64,000 bases of DNA from Deltaproteobacteria bacterium. GTDB taxonomy: Bacteria > Myxococcota > Myxococcia > Myxococcales > 40CM-4-68-19. Positions 32,446 to 42,463 of the stretch are shown piece after piece (the first letter of the stretch is position 1; each line of letters starts with the position of its first letter). The notes under the pieces are model-generated. The model saw only the letters and a program-made list of their open reading frames with translations, was not told the origin of the DNA and made no database searches. The translations under genes were made by a program, and so were the position numbers. The stretch spans positions 530-64,529 of the forward strand of contig JAYWBT010000132.1 of assembly GCA_043781235.1 (NCBI GenBank), given 5' to 3'.

Positions 32446-33509
32446 GCCTCCACGCGGTCATCCTCGCCGGCGGCAGCGGCACGCGGTTCTGGCCGCTCTC
32501 TCGCAAAAGGCGTCCCAAGCAGTTCCTCGCTCTGGTCACCGAGCGGACCCTCATCGCCGAGACGCAGGCGCGGGTGCAGCCGCTCTGCCCGCCCGAACGG
32601 ACCTGGGTGGTGTGCGGGCCCGATCACGCCGCAGGCGTGCGCCACGCGCTGCCGTCCCTGGAAGCGGCGCAGATCCTGGTCGAGCCTGGCGCCCGCAACA
32701 CCGCTCCGGCCATCGGGCTCGCCGCGGTTCACGCGCTGCGTGCAGACAAGGACGCGACGCTGCTGGTGCTGCCGAGCGATCACCACATCGCCCGGCCCGA
32801 CGAATTCCGTGAGCGTCTGCAGCTCGCCGCGCGCACGGCCGCCTCGGGCGAGTTGGTCACGCTCGGTATCCATCCCACTCGGCCCGAGACCGGCTATGGC
32901 TACCTGCGCCGCGGCCGACAGCGGGCGGACGGCGCTTACCAGGTGGACGCGTTCGTGGAGAAGCCCAACGCCGAGGCCGCGGCGCGCTATCTTCAGGATT
33001 CGGCCTACTCGTGGAACGCGGGCATCTTCGTGTTTCGCGCCGACGTCTATCTCGACGCGGTCGCGCGCCACCTGCCGCTGTTGAGCGAGGCGCTGACGAA
33101 GATCGCCGCGGACCCGGACGACGCGGACGTGGTGCGCGAGGCGTTTTTGCGCGCGCCGTCCATCAGCATCGATTACGGCGTGATGGAGGCCGAGGCGCGG
33201 GCGACCCGGCGGATCGCGCTGGTGCCCGCTGACATCGGCTGGAGCGACGTCGGCTCGTTCGCCGCGCTGCCCGAGGTGAAGGCGCTCGACGATCGCGGCA
33301 ACGCGCTGGCGGGCGACGCGCTCGCCATCGACTGCGACGACTGCGTGGTGCTCTCGGAGGGGGAGCGGCTGGTGGCCGTGGTGGGCTTGCGCGGCCTCTG
33401 CGTGATCGACTCCGGCGACGCGCTGCTCGTCGTCCCGAAGGACCGCGCACAGGACGTGAGAATGGTCGTCGAGCAACTCAAGTCGAAGGGCCGCACCGAC
33501 AAGATCTAG
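32442..33509 (+). CDS. mannose-1-phosphate guanylyltransferase
   Basis: AVILAGGSGTRFWPLSR and YGYL motifs are present. GTG overlaps the Nudix stop (GTGA). No C-terminal isomerase/cupin domain. Confidence 0.8.
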   Translation: MSLHAVILAGGSGTRFWPLSRKRRPKQFLALVTERTLIAETQARVQPLCPPERTWVVCGPDHAAGVRHALPSLEAAQILVEPGARNTAPAIGLAAVHALRADKDATLLVLPSDHHIARPDEFRERLQLAARTAASGELVTLGIHPTRPETGYGYLRRGRQRADGAYQVDAFVEKPNAEAAARYLQDSAYSWNAGIFVFRADVYLDAVARHLPLLSEALTKIAADPDDADVVREAFLRAPSISIDYGVMEAEARATRRIALVPADIGWSDVGSFAALPEVKALDDRGNALAGDALAIDCDDCVVLSEGERLVAVVGLRGLCVIDSGDALLVVPKDRAQDVRMVVEQLKSKGRTDKI

Positions 33510-33520
33510 GAGGAGCACCC

Positions 33521-33817
33521 ATGAGGAAGATCGCGCTGCTGTGCCTCGTCTCTGCCGCCTGCTTCGCGCAGGAGCCCGCCGCCAAAAAACCGCTGATGCA
33601 TCCGATGGGCGCGATGGCGATGAAGCCCGTTGTCTGCGTCGCCATCGAGGAGGCCAAGGGCAAGACGGGGCAGGATCTCGCCAATGCGATCGAGCAAGAG
33701 ATCATGAAGCTCGCGCGCTCGAACTATGCGCTGACGGCGCTGCTGGCGGGCGAGACCCCCATCGCCTGCTTCCGGTCGACGGTGGACAACAGCAAGCTGC
33801 CGATGGGCGCGCGGTAG
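33521..33817 (+). CDS. small secreted hypothetical protein
   Basis: Strong RBS GGAGGAG. Signal peptide MRKIALLCLVSAACFAQ. G/C at third codon positions is high. 98 aa. Confidence 0.55.
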   Translation: MRKIALLCLVSAACFAQEPAAKKPLMHPMGAMAMKPVVCVAIEEAKGKTGQDLANAIEQEIMKLARSNYALTALLAGETPIACFRSTVDNSKLPMGAR

Positions 33818-33819
33818 CA

Positions 33820-35196
33820 ATGGCGATTCCCCAGCACGTCTTTCGCGAATACGACATCCGCGGCCTGGTCGCCACCGAGCTGACGCCCGCGTTCGCCGAG
33901 AAGCTCGGCCAGGGCTTCGGGAAATACCTCCTCGAGAAAACCGGCGGCGGCGCGCAGAGCATCGCGCTCGGCCGCGACCACCGCACCTCGAGCCCCGGCC
34001 TCGCCGAGGCGTTCTCGCGCGGCGTGCGCAGCCATGGCCTCGACGTGGTTCTGATCGGCGTGGTGCCGACGCCGCTCACCTACTTCGCCGCGAACACGCT
34101 GCCGGTGGACGGCCTCTGCTCCATCACCGGCTCGCACAACCCGCCCCAGTACAACGGCTTCAAGGTCGGCGTCGGCAAGAGCACGCTCGCGGGCCCCGAG
34201 GTGCAGGAGCTCAAAGTCCACGTGCTCAAGGCAGCGCCGGGCGGCAAGCACGGCCGCGAACAGCACTTCGACATCGTCACGCCCTATCTCCACTTCGTCA
34301 CGCAGACGCTCGGGCAGGCCGCGCGCAGGCTGCGCGTGGTGGTGGACGCCGGCAACGGCACCGGCGGCGTGGTCGGCCCGACGCTGCTCAGAGCGCTGGG
34401 TCACGAAGTCATCGAACAGTTCTGCGAGCTCGACGGCACCTTCCCGAATCACCACCCCGATCCCACCGTCGAAGAGAACCTGCGCGACCTGCAGCGGCGG
34501 GTCGCGGCCGAGCACGCCGACCTCGGCATCGCCTACGACGGCGACGCGGATCGCGTGGGCGCCGTGGATGAACAGGGAAATATCCTCTGGGGCGACCAGC
34601 TGATGATCCTCTTCTCGCGGGACGTGCTTGCGCAGGTGCCGGGCGCCACCATCGTCAGCGAGGTGAAGTGCTCGCAGACGATGTACGACGACATCGAGAA
34701 GCACGGCGGCCGCGCCATCATGTGGAAGGCGGGCCACTCTTTGATCAAGTCAAAGATGAAAGAAGAGCACGCGCTGCTCGCCGGCGAGATGAGCGGGCAC
34801 ATCTTCTTCAAGCACCGCTATTACGGATTCGACGATGGCATCTACTCGTCGGCGCGCCTGCTGGAATTGGTCGCGAAGTCGGACCAGCCGCTCTCGCAAA
34901 TGCTCAGCGATGTGCCGAAGACGTTTGCTTCTCCGGAGATCCGTTTCGATTTCGCGGAAGACAAGAAGTTCGAGGCGGTCCGGCGCGCCACCGAGAAGCT
35001 GCGCAAGCACGGCAAGACCATCGAGGTGGACGGCGTGCGCGTCATCCTCGACGGAGGCTGGGGCCTGGTGCGCGCGTCCAATACGCAGCCGCTGCTGGTG
35101 CTGCGCTGGGAGGCGAACACCGAGGCGCGGCTCGCGGAAGTGCGCCAGTTGATCGAAGGCACGGTGCAGGAGGTGCGCCGCGAGCTGGGGGCCTGA
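33820..35196 (+). CDS. phosphomannomutase/phosphoglucomutase
   Basis: FREYDIRG, the active-site ITGSHNPPQYNGFK, DGDADR and GEMSGH motifs are present. Confidence 0.9.
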   Translation: MAIPQHVFREYDIRGLVATELTPAFAEKLGQGFGKYLLEKTGGGAQSIALGRDHRTSSPGLAEAFSRGVRSHGLDVVLIGVVPTPLTYFAANTLPVDGLCSITGSHNPPQYNGFKVGVGKSTLAGPEVQELKVHVLKAAPGGKHGREQHFDIVTPYLHFVTQTLGQAARRLRVVVDAGNGTGGVVGPTLLRALGHEVIEQFCELDGTFPNHHPDPTVEENLRDLQRRVAAEHADLGIAYDGDADRVGAVDEQGNILWGDQLMILFSRDVLAQVPGATIVSEVKCSQTMYDDIEKHGGRAIMWKAGHSLIKSKMKEEHALLAGEMSGHIFFKHRYYGFDDGIYSSARLLELVAKSDQPLSQMLSDVPKTFASPEIRFDFAEDKKFEAVRRATEKLRKHGKTIEVDGVRVILDGGWGLVRASNTQPLLVLRWEANTEARLAEVRQLIEGTVQEVRRELGA

Positions 35197-35211
35197 TAAG
35201 GTTCCTCGCGC

Positions 35212-36225
35212 ATGAACCGAGACGAGCTCTACGTGGGCGTGGACGTCGGCGGCACCAACGTGCGCGCCGCGGTCGTCGATGTGGACGGGCATGTACTCGG
35301 GCAGGAGAAGCACCGGTTGCAAAGCCGCGAGCCGCCACAGGTCGCCGAGGCGGTGGTGCGCGCCGCCAAGACGGCGTGCGGCGCGGCGGGTCTGCCCTTC
35401 GGCGAGCTGAAGGCGATGGGCCTCGGCGTCGCCGGGATGATCCAGAAGAGCACCGGCATCGTCCTGAGCGCGCCCAGCCTGGGCTGGCGCGACGTGCCGT
35501 TCATCAAGCTCCTGCAGGCGCGCGCGCCGAAGCTGCCGATGTGGATCGCGAACGATCTCTCGGTCTCTGCCTGGGGCGAGCGCGCAGCCGGCGCGGGCCG
35601 CGGCGTCGACGACCTGATGGTGGTGCTGGTGGGAAGCTCGGTGGGGCTCGGCATCATCCTCGGCGGCAAGCTGCAGGAGGGCGCGTCGGGTGTGGCCGGC
35701 GAGCTCGGCCACATGCTGGTGCACCCCGGTGGGCGGCTGTGCGGCTGCGGCAAGCGCGGCTGCCTCGAGGCGTACGCGGGCGGGCACCACCTGGCCGCGT
35801 GGGCGCGCGACGACATCCGCATCGCCACTGCCGCGGGCCGCGTCGCGGGCAAGCCATCGACGCTGGGCAAGAAGCTCGTCGAACAAGCGGGCGGCGATCT
35901 GGAGAAGATCACCGCGGCCGCCATGGAGCGCGCAGCGCACGAGGGCGACGAGCTGTCGCGGCGGCTGCTCGACGAGGCGGGCCGCATGCTGGGCGTCGCG
36001 CTCGCGAACCTGGTCACCGTCTTGAACCCCGCGCGTCTGCTGCTCGGCGGCGCGGTGCTGGCGGGCTCGCCGCGGATGATGCGCGCGACGAGGGAAGGGA
36101 TCGACGCGAACACCGGCAAGGCCGCGCGGCTCGCGCTGCAGGTCTCGGTGCCGGAGCTGGGCGAGCAGGCCGGCGTGGTCGGCGCCGCGTTGCTGGCGCA
36201 CGAGTCGCTCGCCCGCGCTGCGTGA
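35212..36225 (+). CDS. ROK-family sugar kinase (glucokinase-like)
   Basis: VGVDVGGTN and the ROK zinc motif GHMLVHPGGRLCGCGKRGCLEAY are present. Confidence 0.85.
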   Translation: MNRDELYVGVDVGGTNVRAAVVDVDGHVLGQEKHRLQSREPPQVAEAVVRAAKTACGAAGLPFGELKAMGLGVAGMIQKSTGIVLSAPSLGWRDVPFIKLLQARAPKLPMWIANDLSVSAWGERAAGAGRGVDDLMVVLVGSSVGLGIILGGKLQEGASGVAGELGHMLVHPGGRLCGCGKRGCLEAYAGGHHLAAWARDDIRIATAAGRVAGKPSTLGKKLVEQAGGDLEKITAAAMERAAHEGDELSRRLLDEAGRMLGVALANLVTVLNPARLLLGGAVLAGSPRMMRATREGIDANTGKAARLALQVSVPELGEQAGVVGAALLAHESLARAA

Positions 36226-36333
36226 CTGCGCGGCGGCAGCTCGCGCAGCTCGTCGGGGATGTCTCGACCATTCCACTTGAGCCACGCACCATGATCGGCA
36301 GTCTAGCGCCGGGCCGGGCCGGGTCGCGGTCGA

Positions 36334-36660
36334 CTAGTGGGTCAGCTTCTTCTCGTGGCGGACGACGTTGCCGTGGGCGTCGGTCTCCTTCGTCTCCGTC
36401 ATGGTGCTCTTGCTGTCGTTGCCGAGGCCGGGACGATCGACCTCTTTGGTCGTCTCGGTTTTGCTGACGCTCCCGCCGCCGAGGCGGTGGTGCGATTTCG
36501 ACCCGACCTTCGTCCTCGAGCCGTGACCGTGATGATCGGTGTGCTTCTTCTCGATGACCTTGTGGTCCGGGTCGTTCTTGATCTCGACCTTGTCGTCGGC
36601 GCGGGCGTTGGCGGCGAACAGCAGGCCGAACCCGGCGAGCACGCTGGCGATGCGCTTCAT
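36334..36660 (-). CDS. small secreted His-rich protein
   Basis: Signal peptide MKRIASVLAGFGLLFAANARA. HTDHHGHG and SHH clusters. G/C at third codon positions is high. Confidence 0.55.
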   Translation of the reverse strand: MKRIASVLAGFGLLFAANARADDKVEIKNDPDHKVIEKKHTDHHGHGSRTKVGSKSHHRLGGGSVSKTETTKEVDRPGLGNDSKSTMTETKETDAHGNVVRHEKKLTH

Positions 36661-36698
36661 GGTTGCTCCTTTGGTGAGGGACGGGCTGCCGAGGTGGA

Positions 36699-37450
36699 TT
36701 AGTTGATAACGAAGCGGATGGTGAACGGGATGGTGGTGGCGACGGCCTCGCCGTTGACCTTCCCGGGACGGAAGCGCAGCTCGCGCACGGCGCGCGCGGC
36801 CGCGGGGCCGAGGCCCTCGCCGGGGTCGCTGATGATCTCGACGCGCGCGATCGATCCGTCGGAGTCGATCAGCAGCCGCAGCACCACGTCGCCCTCGACC
36901 TCCTTCTTCAGCGCCAGGGGTGGATAGAAGCGGCGGATATCGAGCGCGTCGCGGTTGAGCACGGCCGGGAGCTCGTTGAGCTGCGCGGAGGTCGCGTACT
37001 TTTCGGCCTTATAGGGTTTCGAAGCGGCGACGGGCTCGTGGGCCTTGCGGCCCGGATCGCCCCCCAGCGTGTTGCCGACGGCCACGCCTATGCTCCCGCT
37101 GCTGGTGGTGCTCTCGAGCGTAATGCCGGTGACCACCAGCGGCTGCGGCGTCGGCTCCTTCGCCTCGACCGTCGGCGGCGGCGGCGCGGCGAGCGGCTGC
37201 TGCGGGATCCTGGGCGGCGGCAGCGCGGCCTTCGCCACCGGCTTCGGAGGCGGGCGAGTCATCTTCACCGGCGGCCTGGGGGCCGGCGGCGGCGGAGGCG
37301 GGGGCTTCGGCGGCTCGGGCGGCGGCACGTAATCCACCGTCACGGTCACCTGGGGCGCGGGCGTCAGGCGTCGCGTTGGGAGCCGCCCCATCGACGCGGC
37401 GAGCACGCCGTGCACGACGAACGATGCGACCAGCGCCGCCCCGACCCGCT

Positions 37451-37454
<4 letters not shown>
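36699..37454 (-). CDS. tonB: energy transducer TonB
   Basis: N-terminal TM segment, Pro-rich spacer (PPPEPPKPPPPPPPAPRPP) and a C-terminal TonB domain (YPPLALKKEVEGDVVLRLLIDSDG). ATGA overlap with exbD. Confidence 0.8.
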
Positions 37455-37864
<410 letters not shown>

Positions 37865-37870
37865 TTGTGT

Positions 37871-38512
37871 TCAAGCCTCCTTCGCGCCCGCGCGCGCGAC
37901 GTGCAGACCCGAGGCGATGGCGTTGCCGAGCGCATTGGAGCGCCCAATCACGCGCTTGAGCAGCCTCTGGAAAATGTTGAAGGCGAGCACCGCGGGGATG
38001 GCGACGAAGAGGCCCACCGCGGTGGCGACCAGCGCTTCCGAGATGCCCGCCATCACGCTCGAGGCGTTGCTCCCCCCGCCATGCGTATTCAAAGACAAGT
38101 CCGCGAACGCCCGGATGATGCCGAGCACGGTGCCGAAGAGGCCGATGAAGGGCGCGTTGTTGCCCAGCGTGCCGAGTACGAAGAGCCACTGCTCGTACTC
38201 CAGCCGGCGGCGATCGATGGTGGAAAGCACCGCCTTCTCGACCGCCGTAGGTCCGCCGCGTGCGACCCCGGCGGCGGCGCGCACCACCTCGGCCTCCATC
38301 GAGTCGCTGGTGGCGAGCGTGGCCGCGCCCGCGAGGTCGCCCGCCTGGCATCGCCGCAGCAACTCGGGGAAGGCCGCCGACATGCGGCGGCGCACGAAAT
38401 AGACGGAGCGCTCGATCATCACCGCGACCGAGAGCACCGAGAGGCCGAGCAAGAGCCACAGCACCCAGCCGGCGCCCAGCAGCGTAAACGCGAGTAATTT
38501 TTCGGCGATCAC
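37871..38512 (-). CDS. exbB: MotA/TolQ/ExbB proton channel protein
   Basis: LGNNAPFIGLFGTVLGII motif. GTG at 38512 overlaps the tolC-like stop (GTGA). The longer ORF start at 38911 is rejected. Confidence 0.8.
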   Translation of the reverse strand: MIAEKLLAFTLLGAGWVLWLLLGLSVLSVAVMIERSVYFVRRRMSAAFPELLRRCQAGDLAGAATLATSDSMEAEVVRAAAGVARGGPTAVEKAVLSTIDRRRLEYEQWLFVLGTLGNNAPFIGLFGTVLGIIRAFADLSLNTHGGGSNASSVMAGISEALVATAVGLFVAIPAVLAFNIFQRLLKRVIGRSNALGNAIASGLHVARAGAKEA

Positions 38513-39900
38513 TTCGTCTCTCCGGGGCTGTCGAACGCGCCGACGGCTTTGGCGACGCGCAGAGCCGATAGCTGCACCTGCAACCGCTGCTGGAGCGCGG
38601 TGGCCTCGCTCTGGAACAGCGCCGCCTCCGCGTCCGACACCTCGACCTGGGTGGCGGTGCCGGCGCCGAACTGCGCCCGGACCAGGTCCTCGTTCTCGCG
38701 GCTCAAGGTCAGCGCCTGCTCCGCCTCCTCGCGCAACGCCTTGGCGGATTCGAGGTCGATCTGCGCGCGCCGCAGCTCGTCGGTGACCAGCGCGGTGGTG
38801 CTGCGCGTCTGCGCTTTGGCCTGTCGCATCTGGCTGGCCGCGTCCTTGAGCGCCACATAGCGAAAGCCTCCATCGTACAGCGGCAAGGTCAGCGCGAGCG
38901 TCACGGCCCACGTCCCATGGTCGCCGTTGATGGCCTGCGAGGGGTCGTTGTAGCGGGCCGCCGCATTCACCGCCAGTGAGGGGAGGAACTGCGCCCAGGC
39001 GTCGGTGCGCAGGCGCGCGGCGATCTCCTCGTTGGCGCGCGCCGCCGCGAGCTCGGGTCTGTCTTCCATCGCCGTCTGCAGCAGCGCTTCGAAGGTCCCG
39101 CGGATCTCCGGCGGTGCTTGCGGCGGCTGCTCCAGCTCGAAGGCGGTGTCGGGAAGGTCCAGGAGCGCCGCGAGCTGGCTCTTGACGGCGGCGTAGCTGA
39201 AGACCGCGCGGCGTGCCTCCTGGTCGGCGCGCACCACGTCGATGCGCGCTCGCAGCGCGGCGGTGCGCTGGATCAGCCCCGCCTCGAAGCGCGCCTGCGC
39301 TTCGGCGGCGTGCTGCCGCGTCACGCGCGACTGCCGGAAGGCGACGTTCGCCAGCTCACGCAGGCCGACGCCCGAGAAGTAGAGAGAGGCAACTTGCAGC
39401 AGGATCTCGCGGCGCTGCTGCGTCTCGTTCAGGCGCGCGACCTCGATCTGCTGCTTCGCGGTGGCGAGCGCGGGGAAGGCGCGGCCGTTGAAGACCGTCC
39501 AGCCGAAGTTGAGCGAGGCCGCTTCGTTGAGCCGCTGGCCCGGCGTCTTCGGGTCGAACGAGAACGACGGCAGGCTGTTGTACGTCGCCGAGGCGAGGCC
39601 GGTGAGCGTGGGCTTCAAAGCTGCCCAGGCGCGGTCCACGTTGTTGCGCGCCTGCTGCACGCGCTCGGTGGCGATGGCGAGATCGGGCGTCTGCTTTCGC
39701 GCGGTCGCCAGCGCAGCCGAGAGCGGAAGCACCGGACCTTCGGGCGCGGGCGCGGCGGGAGGTGGCGGCAGCGGCTCGCGCAACGCGGACGCGGACGGAA
39801 TCGGGGTCGGCGCCACCGGCTGCATCGGCGGCGGCTCGGGAGGCTTCCGCGCCCCTGGCGGTTGCGCGACTTGAGCCAGGATCAGGAGGAGGGCGAGCAT
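38509..39900 (-). CDS. TolC-family outer membrane protein
   Basis: 463 aa with a signal sequence and two repeated OEP-type halves. Typical alpha-helical Ala/Gln/Arg-rich composition. Confidence 0.7.
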   Translation of the reverse strand: MLALLLILAQVAQPPGARKPPEPPPMQPVAPTPIPSASALREPLPPPPAAPAPEGPVLPLSAALATARKQTPDLAIATERVQQARNNVDRAWAALKPTLTGLASATYNSLPSFSFDPKTPGQRLNEAASLNFGWTVFNGRAFPALATAKQQIEVARLNETQQRREILLQVASLYFSGVGLRELANVAFRQSRVTRQHAAEAQARFEAGLIQRTAALRARIDVVRADQEARRAVFSYAAVKSQLAALLDLPDTAFELEQPPQAPPEIRGTFEALLQTAMEDRPELAAARANEEIAARLRTDAWAQFLPSLAVNAAARYNDPSQAINGDHGTWAVTLALTLPLYDGGFRYVALKDAASQMRQAKAQTRSTTALVTDELRRAQIDLESAKALREEAEQALTLSRENEDLVRAQFGAGTATQVEVSDAEAALFQSEATALQQRLQVQLSALRVAKAVGAFDSPGETK

Positions 39901-39936
39901 TCGGGGAGCGGACCATCTGCGAGGCGGGCGTCCGAG

Positions 39937-40956
39937 TCAACCGAGCGACTGTTTCGGAATGGTGTCGGCCACGCCCGCTTGCCGCAGCGACTTCAACGCC
40001 AGCGATGAGAGGCCCACCTGGTGCAGTCCCGAGGGCGCGATCCAGCGCATCCCGGCGGGCGCGCGGCCACTCGCGCTGGCGGTGAAGATCTCCACCCGCA
40101 CCTCGCGGTGGGTGAGCGTCTGGCGGACCTCACCGCGCCGCTCGAGCGCAGACCAGAGCCGCTTGACGCTCTCGGGCGCGGGCAGGTCCCAGAGGCCGGC
40201 GAAGAGCGAGCCATCGGGCCGGCGCGTCAGCAGCACCGCTCCGTCGCTGCGGCGCCGGAGCGCGACTGCGCGCCACTCGAGCAGCGGGCGCGACTTGCGC
40301 TCCTTCTTCGCGGGGAAGCGGTCCGGCTCGTCCTTGCCCTCGCAGATCCTCGCTAGCGGGCACGCGCCGCAGCGCGGGTTGCGCGGGACGCAGACCAGCG
40401 CGCCCAGCTCCATCAGCGCCTCGTTGAACGCCCCGGCGTGTCCGCGCGGCAACAGCTCGCGTGCTTTACTCCACGCCTGCGCGCGCGCGTCGCCGTCGAG
40501 CCGGAACAGTCGCGCCAGCACCCGCGCCACGTTCCCGTCCACGAGCGGCACGTCCTCGCCGAACGCGAGCGAGGCCACCGCCGCCGCGGTGTACGGCCCG
40601 AAGCCAGGCAGCTCCAGCAGCGCGTCGCGCGTGCGCGGGAGCCCGGTGCGCGCCGCCTGCGCCGCGCGGTGCAGGTTGCGCGCGCGGGTGTAGTAGCCAA
40701 GGCCGCTCCAGAGCGCGAGCACGTCGTCGAGCGGCGCCGCGGCCAGCTTTGCGAGCGTGGGGAAGCGCCTGGTGAAGCGCTCGAAGTACGGAATGACCAC
40801 CTCCACGCGGGTCTGCTGCAGCATCACCTCCGAGATCCAGACCCGGTAGGGATCGCGCGGCTCCTTGCGCCACGGCAGCGCGCGCCGCTCGAGTGCAAAC
40901 CACGCCAGCAGCGGCTTCGCCACCTGCTTCGGGCCTGTGCTAGAAATTCGCCGCAT
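39937..40956 (-). CDS. mutY: A/G-specific adenine DNA glycosylase
   Basis: PYRVWISEVMLQQTRV, a C-X6-C-X2-C-X5-C cluster region (CVPRNPRCGACPLARIC) and a C-terminal Nudix-like domain are present. Confidence 0.9.
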   Translation of the reverse strand: MRRISSTGPKQVAKPLLAWFALERRALPWRKEPRDPYRVWISEVMLQQTRVEVVIPYFERFTRRFPTLAKLAAAPLDDVLALWSGLGYYTRARNLHRAAQAARTGLPRTRDALLELPGFGPYTAAAVASLAFGEDVPLVDGNVARVLARLFRLDGDARAQAWSKARELLPRGHAGAFNEALMELGALVCVPRNPRCGACPLARICEGKDEPDRFPAKKERKSRPLLEWRAVALRRRSDGAVLLTRRPDGSLFAGLWDLPAPESVKRLWSALERRGEVRQTLTHREVRVEIFTASASGRAPAGMRWIAPSGLHQVGLSSLALKSLRQAGVADTIPKQSLG

Positions 40957-40972
40957 CCGCCGAGGTCAACAC

Positions 40973-41257
40973 GTGAAGCGCATCCGCGTCCACAGCGTCG
41001 AGCAGTACGTGCAGGAGATCGGCCCGCTGATGAAGCAGGGCCTCGAGACCTACCGCGCCGACGATCCCGAGCACCGCCTGCTCGGCATCGGCTTCACCGG
41101 CGCCGACACCGAGGTGCTGATCTCCATCCAGGAGTTCATCGCCACCGGCAACCTGGTCAAGTACGGCGAGCTGATCGAGCCCTACGAGCCCGAGGGCAAG
41201 AAGACGCAGAAGGTAAAGGGCGACAAGCCCGACAAGAAGGCGACGGCCGCGAGGTAG
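40973..41257 (+). CDS. small hypothetical protein
   Basis: GTG start. 94 aa with a Lys-rich tail. Coding-like codon bias. No recognisable family. Confidence 0.4.
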   Translation: MKRIRVHSVEQYVQEIGPLMKQGLETYRADDPEHRLLGIGFTGADTEVLISIQEFIATGNLVKYGELIEPYEPEGKKTQKVKGDKPDKKATAAR

Positions 41258-41288
41258 CTCAACGCGCGCGGGGCTCGAGAGGAGGCGT

Positions 41289-41488
41289 TGTCTCCGCGGG
41301 CGATCCGGGTATCCCGCGCGCCCTCCGGTGCGCGGCCGCGATCGGGATGGCGACACGGCAATCAAATTGCGCGCGAGGCGGACGCGCAATGTCGGGCTTG
41401 CAGGACACCCGGCCTCGCCCGTTCAGCGGCGCCTGAGAGAGACCCCGCGGGGTCTGGATCTCCGTTCGCGTGGCGCCGCACCCTCGCC
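41289..41488 (+). repeat. 200-bp repeat, copy A (inverted partner at 42234-42433)
   Basis: Gapless hand alignment to the reverse complement of 42234-42433 shows about 18 mismatches in 200 nt. The copy contains several GC-rich hairpins, for example AGACCCCGCGGGGTCT. Confidence 0.9.
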
Positions 41489-41694
41489 GTGCTGTCGCGC
41501 GAGGTTCTCGCGCCGGCTTGAAAGTACCCGCATGCGTGTCAATCCCTCGCCGCTCGCCGACCGTCCCGAAAGGTCCAGCGGGCGTCGCAGCCGTGTCGGA
41601 GAGAGCTTGAAACGCGCGCGAGGCCCGCTGTCGCGAATGGATGGGCATCCGCGTCTTTGGATTTCGCCATCGTCTCGGATGGTATCTTGTCGCG

Positions 41695-42019
41695 ATGACC
41701 GCCGAGAAGCAGCTCGCCGCGTTCCTCCGGAAGTACCACCCGGACATCGCGAAGCAGGCGCGTGCCGCAATCGCCACGCTCCGCAAGCGGCTCCCTGACG
41801 CGCATGTTCTCGTCTACGACAACTACAACGCGCTCGTGGCCGCATTCAGCGCCGGGCCGCGGCCGTTGGCATCGCGCTGTCGATTGCGCTCTATCCGCGC
41901 TGGGTGAGTCAGTGCGCGCGCTGCTCGCGCAGGTCGCGCCGGCGTTTACCAGAAAGACTCGCGGGGAGCTCATCATCCAGGCGATCTCCGCGAAGCAGCG
42001 ACCGCGGCGTCCTGCCTGA
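41695..42019 (+). pseudogene. decayed DUF1801 (YdhG-like) gene
   Basis: The N-terminal half is intact (MTAEKQLAAFLRKYHPDIAKQARAAIATLRKRLPDAHVLVYDNYNALVAAF). IALSIALYPRWVS then continues in a second frame and VRALLAQVA in a third. The middle of the domain is missing. Confidence 0.6.
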
Positions 42020-42233
42020 CTCTTCGCGGCTGGACCGCGCAGCTCTCGATCGATCTCGATACCGCGGGGAACGCCGCCGGGCGCCTGCGTCAGGTCCATC
42101 CCGACGATAAGGTGCGGAGTTCGACCGAAGAGGCCGAGCAGAAGATCAGCGCATTCGCGACCGAGCTCTTCCTCGATCGCGGTCTACCAGGCGATCGGGA
42201 GAGCCTTGGCGGATACAGACCTGCTTGAGCCAA

Positions 42234-42433
42234 GGCGTGGGTGCGGCGCCACGCGAACGGAGCTCGAGACGCCGCGGGGTCTCTCACCGGCGCCGTCGAG
42301 CGGGCGAGGCCGGGTGTCCTGCAAGCCCGACCTTGCGCGGCCGCCACGCGCGCGATTTGATTGCAGCGGCTCCATCCCGAGCGCGGCCGCGCACCGGAGG
42401 GCGCGCGGGATACCCGGATCGCCCGCGGAGACA
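42234..42433 (-). repeat. 200-bp repeat, copy B (inverted partner of 41289-41488)
   Basis: See copy A. Several hairpin stems that are perfect in copy A are mismatched here. Confidence 0.9.
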
Positions 42434-42463
42434 GCCCCGCCGCTAGAGAGAGAGCGCTGAAGA

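Noticed and set aside
41289-41488. The 200-bp repeat as a conserved structured ncRNA or riboswitch.
   Set aside because: The hairpins are strong in copy A, but the substitutions in copy B disrupt stems without compensatory changes. I recognised no known RNA family. It is kept as a DNA repeat finding instead.
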